In this document: piece by piece, positions 44,101 through 51,678 of the stretch
Layout: each line of letters opens with the position of its first letter
How positions within the stretch are numbered: the stretch's first letter is position 1
The notes under the pieces: generated by a model
Told to the model about the DNA's origin: nothing
Seen by the model: only the letters and a program-made list of their open reading frames with translations
Databases searched by the model: none
Translations under genes and position numbers: made by a program
NCBI GenBank assembly: GCA_030141605.1
Contig: JAQGDQ010000003.1
Span: 310,001-374,000, forward strand
Length of the DNA stretch: 64,000 nt
Source: Tubiluchus corallicola
Taxonomy: Eukaryota; Animalia; Priapulida
Reading direction: 5' to 3'

Positions 44101-46162
44101 TTTGTTGTGTTCCACTCTGTTCTGTGACTGTGGCTAGTGATTTTACAATTGTGTTTCTACCTCTAGTTTTTATCTGCACTGGTTCTGTGCTCTTTCTACA
44201 TGCTTGTAACCTTTTCAGTATGATATCCTATTGTGTTAATAATATGAACAAAAAATTCCACAAACATTAGTTCAGTGGTTGAGTGCCACAAGGGTCTAAT
44301 TTAGGACCTCTTCTATTCTTAACTTATATCAATGACCTTCCCACATGCAGCAACTTTCAGAACCCATATACAGAACCCAAATATTTGCCAATGACACTAA
44401 TTTGTTCATGTCTGACTCCAATATAAATAATCTGCAAAAATCTGTTAATGAAGAAATGAAGCAAATAGACCTGTGGATGAGGGCAAACCAGCTATCAATT
44501 AACTACAAAAAAACAAAATTTATGATAATCAATAACAAGCAAATTAACAATGCTAATAATCCAAAATTTCATATTATAATAAACAAACACAAAATTGAAG
44601 AAACAGACAACATCAAATACTTGGGCCTACTTATTGATAACAAATTAACATGGGAACCACATATAAAACACATAACATACAAATTAAGTCGAATTACGGG
44701 AATAATTTAAAAATAAGGCACTACATGGACCAATATATTCTGAAACTTCTATATAATTCATTAATTTTCCCTTAATAGGCTTATTTACAATATTCCATCT
44801 TAACATGGGGTACGGCTTTTGCATCAATTCAAAAATTAATAAAGACAACAAAACAAAATAGTAAAATTAATAACTTTTGCTCGCAAACATGATCATGCTA
44901 CACCATCGTTCGTAAAATTACAAATTTTAAAGGTAAGAGATACTTACAATCTCGAGTTGTTCAAATTTATGTATAAATTCAATGCTGGTTTATTACCAGA
45001 ATTTTTAGTGAATATTTCACTAATGTTTCTGATATACATTCTTACTTCACAAGAGCTGCTTCTAATGAACAGCATTTTGCGGAGAGATTTTTTACCCGAC
45101 ATGGTTTCAATAGCTTAAAATCACGAGGAGTTAAATTATGGAATTCGTTACCAAAAGATACCTTTGAAGGTAGCTTATTTTCTGCTTCCAAAAAACACAC
45201 AAAAATCTTACTAAATGGATATACCTGTGGTACATGACTTGTAAGACTAATAAGCAAGCTAGCAAGTTTTTTCTTTTCTTTTTTTCTCCTCATCTCCTAA
45301 CTAATTGTTGCTCTTTCTCATACTTACTTTTTCTCATAAATTTTTCTATATTACACTTTTTTGATACTTATTTTTTTCTTTCCATACTCTCAGTTTTTTA
45401 ACTTTACTCACTAACCTTGGTCAAATTCTCCTGTTAATAAGACTCCATTTGAAACTACTACATATAATAATCCTAATTACTGATCCTAATCGGAGAATAA
45501 TTGTATTGTTTTGTTTAGATTTTGGTATCCAACTTTATTATTTTTTTGTTTTCAATTCTTTTTAGATAATTTGTATCATTTATACTGTTTTTATTATTAT
45601 TTTTTTCTTATTTGTTTTTGTTATCTGCAGCATCACCATTAATTTTTAACATACTAATCTATTTATAAGAAAGGGAAGGAGACTAGATGGTCCGTCCCTG
45701 CCCTGCTCCATGATTATTACTTAATATTTAAAAAACTTTTGATGTTAAACTAATTGGAGAAAATAAATGTTCTATGTCTATGTCGATGTCTATGTGGTTC
45801 TAGCAATTCTTATTCAATGATTATCCTAGTAGCTGTTGTTCACCTGAAGAAAACTACAATAGGCAATAATAGCTTGAAACGTTGGATTCGTTCTTGGAAT
45901 CTTTTTTCGTCTTTTTTTAATTACGGGATTTTTTATTCATTTATCTTCCCGCTGATTTAACCACTTAATATTAGTCGCCTCTTAAGCATTTTGAAGTTTT
46001 TGACATGATTCCTTCACCGCTCCTGACACAACTTGACGCCGTACATACCGAAAGCCAGAAAACAGACTAGGACCTACATTATTTTGACGAAATGCCAAAC
46101 AAATTTAGCCACTCACCTACACCGTACTTTTCTTTGTCTGACACCGGAATCCACTTTGTCAT
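5105..46162 (-). CDS. DOCK1: Dedicator of cytokinesis 1 (DOCK180/myoblast city-type Rac GEF), 38 coding exons in window, 3' part outside window
   Basis: Manually spliced GT-AG exons give one phase-consistent frame of 4506 nt: start [17 protein letters not shown]3 domain, DHR-1 ([16 protein letters not shown]), and DHR-2 ([28 protein letters not shown]). Confidence 0.96.
5462..5546 (-). CDS. DOCK1: DOCK1 exon 37 (DHR-2)
   Basis: [28 protein letters not shown]. Confidence 0.92.
7315..7396 (-). CDS. DOCK1: DOCK1 exon 36 (DHR-2)
   Basis: [11 protein letters not shown]...EQIL. Confidence 0.88.
7397..8047 (-). other. U12-type (minor spliceosome) GT-AG intron, DOCK1 intron 35
   Basis: 5' splice site GTATCCTTTT matches the U12 consensus; branch-like TTTCTTTTAC (7409-7418) about 14 nt from the AG, with no pyrimidine tract after it. 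Confidence 0.85.
8048..8189 (-). CDS. DOCK1: DOCK1 exon 35 (DHR-2)
   Basis: [14 protein letters not shown]...QFPNAQ; followed by donor GTATCCTT. Confidence 0.92.
8435..8539 (-). CDS. DOCK1: DOCK1 exon 34 (DHR-2)
   Basis: [29 protein letters not shown]. Confidence 0.93.
9010..9099 (-). CDS. DOCK1: DOCK1 exon 33 (DHR-2)
   Basis: [23 protein letters not shown]. Confidence 0.93.
9362..9510. repeat. (ACAAT)n pentanucleotide microsatellite
   Basis: Imperfect tandem ACAAT/GCAAT units. Confidence 0.9.
9761..9880 (-). CDS. DOCK1: DOCK1 exon 32 (DHR-2)
   Basis: WSD...[17 protein letters not shown]. Confidence 0.92.
10491..10622 (-). CDS. DOCK1: DOCK1 exon 31 (DHR-2)
   Basis: [12 protein letters not shown]...NYTEAAYTL. 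Confidence 0.93.
11249..11405 (-). CDS. DOCK1: DOCK1 exon 30
   Basis: [25 protein letters not shown]. Confidence 0.92.
11500..11946 (+). repeat. Interspersed repeat, copy 1
   Basis: Collinear with 40800-41257 (GTGAGCCCAGTTAGTGAT, TCCGAGATG, ATCTAACTAG, ATTTCTGTGGTAAT). Confidence 0.75.
12409..12497 (-). CDS. DOCK1: DOCK1 exon 29
   Basis: [10 protein letters not shown]...GDIKYKELF. Confidence 0.9.
13046..13236 (-). CDS. DOCK1: DOCK1 exon 28
   Basis: [32 protein letters not shown]. Confidence 0.94.
13390..13448 (-). CDS. DOCK1: DOCK1 exon 27
   Basis: [19 protein letters not shown]. Confidence 0.92.
13691..13870 (-). CDS. DOCK1: DOCK1 exon 26
   Basis: [24 protein letters not shown]. Confidence 0.93.
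   Translation of the reverse strand, partial: CYPEGNAVLFTHNTGSFFQSRSLCRERVEQFLLLCNCFCYPRKSTVGEIFTNKEASDIG
16555..17517 (-). CDS. Rhodopsin-family (class A) orphan GPCR, single coding exon, nested in DOCK1 intron 25
   Basis: 320-aa ORF with seven hydrophobic segments, N-terminal NxS sites, LATSD (TM2), DRY (TM3), NPLMY (TM7); GCCATG start context; AATAAA at 16212-16217 on the minus strand. Confidence 0.92.
   Translation of the reverse strand: MLHNSSFSEELDNSTVAQLLEPERLEGAIYLLAKGIFMALILLLNSLVFITIISYPQLRNLSKYRFLLSLATSDFAIAVFGGLVTFLPNSEPGRLYCALLINGTLWTFFSATWITIALVTVDRYICIVYPLQYAAWVTPERTVKLVTGGWMFTFCIGIAAAIQAFKKWTPGTSCVYDLMPSNNFIWFYVSLYVVVAFLVMFCYIRIMVAAWTMQKTVLPADGCAETSEIRKNFTAKMKSAKIVIVIVGTTLICMFFDTLFKLLIRIAPYNHYSALRFIRNMSLGINSTTNPLMYFWKYKTLRDYLMRRLCKRPITDEITE
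20576..20769 (-). CDS. DOCK1: DOCK1 exon 25
   Basis: [10 protein letters not shown]...DFLME...[14 protein letters not shown]. Confidence 0.93.
21863..21973 (-). CDS. DOCK1: DOCK1 exon 24
   Basis: [23 protein letters not shown]. Confidence 0.9.
22406..22533 (-). CDS. DOCK1: DOCK1 exon 23
   Basis: CRAILLPMM...DILQV. Confidence 0.9.
22687..22864 (-). CDS. DOCK1: DOCK1 exon 22
   Basis: GAALKYI...DIVHSDLF. Confidence 0.92.
25605..25713 (-). CDS. DOCK1: DOCK1 exon 21
   Basis: [10 protein letters not shown]...MLTVQ; phases fit both neighbours. Confidence 0.88.
26172..26306 (-). CDS. DOCK1: DOCK1 exon 20
   Basis: [18 protein letters not shown]. Confidence 0.92.
27106..27206 (-). CDS. DOCK1: DOCK1 exon 19
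   Basis: [19 protein letters not shown]...FSATLAY. Confidence 0.92.
27895..27901 (+). promoter_or_regulatory. TATA box of tRNA-Sec (upstream Pol III promoter)
   Basis: TATATAA at about -31 to -25 of the tRNA, the position known for animal tRNA-Sec promoters. Confidence 0.7.
27926..28012 (+). tRNA. tRNA-Sec (anticodon TCA), antisense within DOCK1 intron 18
   Basis: 87 nt, GCCCGGATGA...CCTTCCGGGCG; anticodon TCA at 27961-27963; 6-bp D stem CTTCAC/GTGGGG; long variable arm; G discriminator; closely resembles vertebrate tRNA-Sec. Confidence 0.95.
28014..28018 (+). terminator. Pol III oligo-T terminator
   Basis: TTTTT one base after the tRNA 3' end. Confidence 0.75.
28312..28428. repeat. Short tandem duplication, about 2.5 units
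   Basis: GATGTAGAACATTCAATT at 28317, 28360 and 28411. Confidence 0.85.
28667..28756 (-). CDS. DOCK1: DOCK1 exon 18
   Basis: [30 protein letters not shown]. Confidence 0.93.
28918..29015 (-). CDS. DOCK1: DOCK1 exon 17
   Basis: DLLGLLKWR...VDGEEIVK. Confidence 0.92.
29740..29938 (-). CDS. DOCK1: DOCK1 exon 16
   Basis: YLNLPAT...[18 protein letters not shown]. Confidence 0.92.
30162..30338 (-). CDS. DOCK1: DOCK1 exon 15 (DHR-1)
   Basis: VAVPIDDF...FKHRS...[15 protein letters not shown]. Confidence 0.93.
30921..31025 (-). CDS. DOCK1: DOCK1 exon 14 (DHR-1)
   Basis: [19 protein letters not shown]. Confidence 0.92.
31411..31535 (-). CDS. DOCK1: DOCK1 exon 13 (DHR-1)
   Basis: [29 protein letters not shown]. 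Confidence 0.93.
32440..32642 (-). CDS. DOCK1: DOCK1 exon 12
   Basis: [18 protein letters not shown]...[11 protein letters not shown]. Confidence 0.93.
33282..33357 (-). CDS. DOCK1: DOCK1 exon 11
   Basis: [23 protein letters not shown]. Confidence 0.9.
33950..34030 (-). CDS. DOCK1: DOCK1 exon 10
   Basis: NMELKD...IRRPFGVA. Confidence 0.9.
34487..34550 (-). CDS. DOCK1: DOCK1 exon 9
   Basis: [21 protein letters not shown]. Confidence 0.9.
34739..35346. mobile_element. Tc1/mariner-superfamily (Tc2/pogo-like) MITE
   Basis: TA on both sides; TIRs CTGTATATACGCGTGTACAAGTCGA / TCGACTTATACATAAGTATATACGG; repeated subterminal GTCGAC motifs. Confidence 0.85.
35639..35705 (-). CDS. DOCK1: DOCK1 exon 8
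   Basis: ENYRIKW...FRAVFT. Confidence 0.88.
35988..36175 (-). CDS. DOCK1: DOCK1 exon 7
   Basis: [14 protein letters not shown]...ELLLSLYD. Confidence 0.9.
36536..36679 (-). CDS. DOCK1: DOCK1 exon 6
   Basis: [37 protein letters not shown]. Confidence 0.92.
37687..37779 (-). CDS. DOCK1: DOCK1 exon 5
   Basis: [19 protein letters not shown]. Confidence 0.9.
38897..39045. mobile_element. Truncated copy of the 42885-43845 MITE family, opposite orientation
   Basis: Reverse complement aligns to about 43706-43845 (e.g. AAAAACTGTCGGCAATTGACTCAAATAAC). Confidence 0.75.
39472..39568 (-). CDS. DOCK1: DOCK1 exon 4
   Basis: [29 protein letters not shown]. Confidence 0.92.
39760..39853 (-). CDS. DOCK1: DOCK1 exon 3 (SH3)
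   Basis: [25 protein letters not shown]. Confidence 0.92.
40160..40638. mobile_element. pogo/Tigger-like MITE
   Basis: TA TSD; near-perfect 26-bp TIRs CAGTGGCCGCCGCTTATTGTGGACAC / GTGTCCATAATAAGCGGCGGCCACTG. Confidence 0.9.
40661..41257 (+). repeat. Interspersed repeat, copy 2
   Basis: Same blocks as 11500-11946; left boundary approximate. Confidence 0.7.
41581..41664 (-). CDS. DOCK1: DOCK1 exon 2 (SH3)
   Basis: [27 protein letters not shown]. Confidence 0.92.
42885..43845. mobile_element. pogo/Tigger-like MITE
   Basis: TIRs CAGTAGGTGCCGCTTAATAGACTCAC / GTGAGTCTATTAAGCGGTGCCTACT; TA at the left end. Confidence 0.85.
44274..45794 (+). mobile_element. 5'-truncated, frameshifted L2/CR1-group LINE in DOCK1 intron 1
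   Basis: RT motifs [25 protein letters not shown] (degenerate FADDT), [12 protein letters not shown]; 3' AATAAA plus (TCTATG)n tail. Confidence 0.85.
46117..46162 (-). CDS. DOCK1: DOCK1 exon 1
   Basis: [18 protein letters not shown], donor gtgagt. Confidence 0.9.
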
Positions 46163-46239
46163 ATCTACATATTATAAATATCAAAACTTATTAATCAAAT
46201 CCAAATTAACCTATAATTTGATCCAAAAAACACAACATG

Positions 46240-46330
46240 AAATTGTTTATAAACATTTTCCGCCGGAAATGGCATTTCTGGCCGCATTAGTGGAAATCTG
46301 CTCAAATCATACAAATACAGGCGCCGATTC
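46240..46330 (-). promoter_or_regulatory. Probable DOCK1 promoter region
   Basis: Local CpG enrichment and an ETS-like CCGGAAAT about 100 bp upstream of the ATG. Confidence 0.4.
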
Positions 46331-46383
46331 ATTTAGCTTTCATGAAGTGCAATGATGTCAGGCCCGAAGAAGTGCCACTAGCC

Positions 46384-46548
46384 TAAGACACTAAGACATA
46401 GATGTTATTTATTTATCTCCTAATTAACACCAGAATTACAAGGTAAACAACAAGTGCTATAGCGATATTAATACACATAAAAGAAAGTGTCAGGGGTGCA
46501 GGAGAAAGGGTAGCGAAGGATCAATTGGTCATCAAAGTGAGCTGCCCT
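46384..46548 (-). mobile_element. LINE 3'-end fragment similar to the 45660-45794 terminus
   Basis: Reverse complement reads GTTAATTAGGAGATAAATAAA plus a short-repeat tail, like GTTAAACTAATTGGAGAAAATAAA of the LINE above. Confidence 0.45.
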
Positions 46549-48019
46549 TTTCAATGCGGTACATGGTATAGTTGGTATACATGCTACATGGTTTGGTACA
46601 TGCAAGGTTACTTAGGTACATGAGCTGCCTACAAATAACGCATCTGGTCAGGAACTAGTCGAGTTTACTATTACCTTAGTGGCAGCGTCCGTTATCCTTG
46701 TTCATTTAATATATAATAATAATTTGAAATGTCAATAATTATAATTTTCGTTAATTCTAAACATTCAACTAAATATCATTAATTCTGAACTAAATGGATA
46801 AGCAATATTGAAATTTGTTTTTAGATTAATCTTTTTGATTTGACGTAAGCCAAGCTTTTATAGGCAATTCAGAAAATGTCTGCAAAAGTGTCACTAAATA
46901 ATCTATTACGAGGTGTGACATCAATTTGGATCATCATTACTACTGACAACATCCGGATGCACAACATGACTTCAATGTCCAATTCAGGAGTAGTATTGTA
47001 GTATTGTTTTACTTCACCACAATTATAATATTGCTGCTGAACAAGGCCAGACAGGGCAATTTTTATTCACAATCTACCTTGTCAGCAAGAATATTATTAG
47101 AATGAAACTGAGTTAGGGAAAAGCTTGAGGTAATTGTTGTTTTTGTTATGGCTCGCAATGACAGAAGTATGGGGATACATGTTCTAAATAAAGGATGTAT
47201 TTATAAAAAGAAGGTTTATCAGAGAAGAAGATGTACATACAATCACAAGGAGACTAACAACTCAAGAATAAGAGATCTAACTTCTAACTATTAAGCATTA
47301 CATCTGAGCGTTCTAGCATCAAATCTCATCTTAGATTACTCCATACAAGAACAGCATGCAAGATTTGTTATTAAAACGTCACGCTCTGTTTGTAGCTCGA
47401 ATTGTTTAACATAATTCTAACACTTTTGTGCAAAAGAACACCCTGCAAAATGTTCCTTACTCAACCCAATCTTCATGCAAGTTAGAGTGTCTCTACATAA
47501 TAGTAATTCCATTCATAGACCTTTATCTCGATCTTCACAGCTCTGTGCCTAGCTAGCAACTCTCTGAAATGTCTTAATTAATGAAGTTCAATGCTTAAAA
47601 TACATCTCCTATCTTAACATCTTAACAACTTGGTGTCTCAAATGCAATTCTCTTGGGCGCTCTGGAATTTATCTAAGTCATCTAGAAAATGGCTTATTCA
47701 GTAGCGCGATTTCCAGTTCCACATCACCGTTCTACTCTACCTCCCATAAACATGCTGCAATCTGAAAGAATAAATTTTGCATTACCACTGAATCTTATGC
47801 AATAATTTCATAACAATATCTCTACTATTGGCTCAGCTACTTTTCGAGTTAAAGTTTATCATTGGTACTACATTATTGTCATCATAATGAGTCAGGCAAG
47901 ACTATTCAAATTTTAGATCATTGATTTGCACAGTGCACATGCAGATAAAGCAGTTTACGTCAAAATAACTGTTCATTAAGTACAGTTTGTTTACGTGTAA
48001 AAAATGTACTTGTATAAGC

Positions 48020-48370
48020 GTACTAATGAAACATCTGTGGCTAAATCCACTGACAAGTCTTGATAAATATTATTTATTAATGGGCTTAAATTAATTGATT
48101 TTGTTCAGGTCTAGGTGCCAAGGGCAATCATTTTATATAGTTAAATATATAGGCTCAGCTTCATAGAATCTAATTTTCGGTATTTGACTCAAACTTAGCT
48201 GATCTTATTTGTTTTTCTTTTGCTTTGTTTATTAATCAGACTCTTTAGTTATTATTTTAATGCATGTATTTTGCAGCTTGATTCAGTTCCCTATTTGAAA
48301 GTTTATTTAAATTTCTGTTATATCATGAATATGGAAATAAATGCACGTTTTGAATTGAATTGAATTGAAT
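48020..48370 (+). mobile_element. Possible LINE/SINE 3' end with (TTGAA)n tail
   Basis: AATAAA followed by TTGAA repeats at 48350-48370; left boundary uncertain. Confidence 0.3.
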
Positions 48371-48564
48371 ATATGAAGCACTGTATCATATACAATTACT
48401 TATTGTGTGCAAATTATTTATATACAAACCTACAATATAATATATGTGGAATTATATAGATTAATTGCAGGGCATGTAAATGAGTGCAATTTTTAATGTG
48501 CCAAATTTGCTACCACGCATTGGAGTAAAACGACCAAGAAACAACAACAAAAGGAAATGAAGGA

Positions 48565-48659
48565 TCTCTATCTCTCTGTCTCTGTCTCTCTCCCTCCCTC
48601 CCTCTCTCTGTCTCTCGCTTTCCCTCCCTTTCCCAGTTTCTGTTCCGCTCCCTCTCTCT

Positions 48660-48700
<41 letters not shown>

Positions 48701-48712
48701 CCTACCTCTCTC
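48565..48712. repeat. CT-rich low-complexity tract
   Basis: Degenerate (CT)n. Confidence 0.85.
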
Positions 48713-48999
48713 TAAGAGAGGGAGGGAGAGAAAAATCAATAAATCAATAAAAAATGCATTACTTTTTTACATAGTAGGCAGCCCATCACGCAGTCAGCTA
48801 GCCTCTTTCCTCAGAAAGAACAATAAAATTTTACTTACAAGAGAAGTGAAGAGGCATTTGCGAGTACATAATACATTCTTATTGCTACAATTTTTTTCCT
48901 TTTCATGAAATGTTTTCAGTTTTTTTAAACTAATAATTGCTTTTGATTGAGATATTCTTCTTTTATTAAAAATGCAAAAGTGATATTGGCTTATTGAAA

Positions 49000-49270
49000 T
49001 TGCGCGTATGCCAACATTATTGGTGAACTTAAGAATATTATTATTACAGTCAATGCGCCGCTCAAAATTTTTTAATGATTCGCCGTTTGATGCCGCCAGC
49101 ATAGCCGCTAATCGCAAAAACGAAATACGTAACAATAGGCAATTCCGTCACTTTCTTTTTACACTTTGCCTTCATAATGCGTTTGTTTCTTTTTGATGAA
49201 CAGGCAACTAATGAAGATTTGCCATATTGCTGCTAATTTCGCCTAACAAAAGTTTGGCGCGGCGCTTTGT
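49000..49270 (+). promoter_or_regulatory. Probable GMPR (and possibly RCCD1) promoter region
   Basis: CpG-rich patch in a CpG-poor background; pyrimidine run CTTTCTTTT near 49150 resembling a TCT-type start. Confidence 0.5.
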
Positions 49271-49348
49271 CTTTTCTAAAAATAGCATTGTTCTTTTTAT
49301 ACTTATAGGTAATTTGATATCAACTACTCAACGGATAAGTAAGTTAAA

Positions 49349-50467
49349 ATGCCTCGTATGGACAGTGACGTGAAACTGGATTTTAAGGACGTGTTAATAA
49401 AGCCTAAAAGGAGTACGTTGTCAAGCCGGGGAGAGGTAGACCTCCATCGTGCTTTTGTTTTCCGTAATTCTAAACATGAATATGAAGGAATTCCTGTTAT
49501 TGCTTCTAACATGGACACAGTTGGCACTTTTGAGATGGCCAAAGTTTTAGCGAAGCATGATTGTTTTACTGCCGTACATAAGCATTATTCGTTGGAACAG
49601 TGGAAGGAATTTGCGCAAAAGAATTCTGATATATTAAAAAATGTTGCTGCTAGTGCCGGAACTGGTGAAGCTGACTGGAAAAAGCTTTCAACGATAATTA
49701 ACGAAATTCCTGATCTCAATTACATTTGCCTAGATGTTGCAAATGGCTATTCGGAAGCATTTGTTTCTTTTTTGCGCAAAACCAGGGAAGCTTATCCTCA
49801 GCATACTATTATTGCGGGTAACGTAGTAACTGGTGAAATGGTAGAAGAGTTAATACTGTCTGGAGCTGACTTAATCAAAGTTGGAATTGGTCCAGGATCA
49901 GTTTGTACAACAAGAAAGAAAGCTGGTGTTGGTTATCCACAACTAAGTGCAGTTATTGAATGCGCTGATGCTGCACATGGCCTCAAAGGACACATTATCT
50001 CTGATGGTGGCTGCACTTGTCCTGGGGATGTTGCTAAAGCATTTGGTGCTGGAGCTGATTTTGTTATGCTAGGAGGAATGCTGGCTGGTCATGATCAGTC
50101 TGGAGGAGAAATTATTGAAAGAGGCGGTCAGATGTTTAAGCTATTTTATGGGATGAGCTCTGATACTGCAATGAAGAAGTATGCTGGTGGTGTTGCAGAG
50201 TACAGAGCCTCAGAAGGTAAAACAGTGGAGATACCGTATAGAGGGGATGTACAGCACACCATTTTGGATGTTTTAGGCGGATTGAGATCGGCTTGTACTT
50301 ACACTGGTTCTGCAAAGCTAAAAGAACTCAGCCGAAGAACTACATTTATCCGTGTCACCCAGCAGTTAAACGAAATGTACACACCTTTTGCTGTCAACAC
50401 ATCTCGCACTGGGCTTCATCCAGTCAAATCAGTTTCCTCTCATGATATAACTGCTGATACTCAATAG
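49349..50467 (+). CDS. GMPR: GMP reductase, intronless coding sequence
   Basis: 372-aa ORF; [33 protein letters not shown], catalytic [24 protein letters not shown]; animal-type N-terminus. Confidence 0.97.
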   Translation: MPRMDSDVKLDFKDVLIKPKRSTLSSRGEVDLHRAFVFRNSKHEYEGIPVIASNMDTVGTFEMAKVLAKHDCFTAVHKHYSLEQWKEFAQKNSDILKNVAASAGTGEADWKKLSTIINEIPDLNYICLDVANGYSEAFVSFLRKTREAYPQHTIIAGNVVTGEMVEELILSGADLIKVGIGPGSVCTTRKKAGVGYPQLSAVIECADAAHGLKGHIISDGGCTCPGDVAKAFGAGADFVMLGGMLAGHDQSGGEIIERGGQMFKLFYGMSSDTAMKKYAGGVAEYRASEGKTVEIPYRGDVQHTILDVLGGLRSACTYTGSAKLKELSRRTTFIRVTQQLNEMYTPFAVNTSRTGLHPVKSVSSHDITADTQ

Positions 50468-51208
50468 TTCAAATAAGAACAGCTTTGTGCATCGACAGCT
50501 TGAGCTGCAGTTTTACATATTTGAATGTGAAAACTTAAATTTGGAAAGAACCTGTAAAATGCTTTCGTCATGTTGATCACACATGTGAGACTTGGTTTTA
50601 AAACTGTTTTTTACTGGTCTCTTTTGTTATGTGAAATATTTTTACCTAGAATTTTCAGTTAAAATTAATTTTGATTTTTTTTTCTTTTGTGCTGTTGCAT
50701 ATCTTGAACTTACTGATTAGTCAGTCTATAAGGAGTTTTTAAAGATTAATTGCTGAGATCATTACTTATTTAGTATAGGTGTGAATTATACTTTATTCAT
50801 CATTACGATTATAAAAAAATATTTATACTGAGTGCACTAGTGTAAAATGATAGCCTTTGCAACTTAAGCTTTAAAAGTTTGTTCTAAACCTCACATTAAA
50901 ATTTTTGATTGCAGCAGTGTGATAAAAAAGTTTGCAGAATATATGTCAGACAGAAGCTGTACTTATTACTTTTTGTTACACAATTTGCTAATTCATGTTA
51001 TTTTCCAAATACGTCACAAGCTTGTTCTAAGAATATCAGTTGTAACAACACTGACTGAATTAAGTGAGATGATTAACGTGATGGATAATGGATTTAGTGA
51101 TTGATTTATTGTAAAATTATAATCAATTAAATTCAACCTTCCTGCATGCTTTTAATTTAACCTTAAATTTAAAGCTGCTTTGATTGGAAATTAGTGCCAG
51201 AAATTTTC

Positions 51209-51219
51209 AATAAAATAAA
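51209..51219 (+). terminator. Probable GMPR polyadenylation signal
   Basis: Two overlapping AATAAA followed by a GT-rich tract (tgtttgtgtatgtg). Confidence 0.55.
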
Positions 51220-51506
51220 AAAATGTTTGTGTATGTGCTATAATGTGATATATGTATATTTTGTGTTTGTTTTATCACAGAAAATTTCAGTTTAATATGC
51301 CACATATAATTTGTGGCATATTACACTTAGCAGATACTTCTTTACCTTTTTCACGCATGTAATGATTTATTAATGAGATCTAATTTGTTGTTTATTCACA
51401 TAAGCAAAAAAACAGGTAATTATACTGCATCTTAGAAGTTGCTTACAACTGTCTTTACAATATGTTCTATGTTTATGCAAGTTTTCCTTTTGCTTTTAGT
51501 ACAGTG

Positions 51507-51678
51507 ATGTCACTGTATGGCTGGGGCTCAAACATTTATAATCAGTTAACACATGCGAATTTACTTCACTGCGTAAGCATTCCTTTGAAGTGCAGTGTTG
51601 AAAATATATTTGAAGATGACAGCATTGGCAGCAAGCTTGTAATAACCTGTGCTTGGTCTAACATTTACCTTGGAAAAG
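51507..51678 (+). CDS. RCCD1: RCCD1 coding exon 1
   Basis: MSLYGWGSNIYNQL...CAWS; acceptor AG ends at 51499. Confidence 0.78.

Noticed and set aside
47280-47900. Possible decayed non-LTR retrotransposon coding remnant
   Set aside because: Only vague peptide resemblance across many stops; cannot be supported without a database search.
49349-50467. Bacterial horizontal origin of the intronless GMPR
   Set aside because: The N-terminus ([27 protein letters not shown]) is closer to animal GMPR than to enterobacterial guaC.
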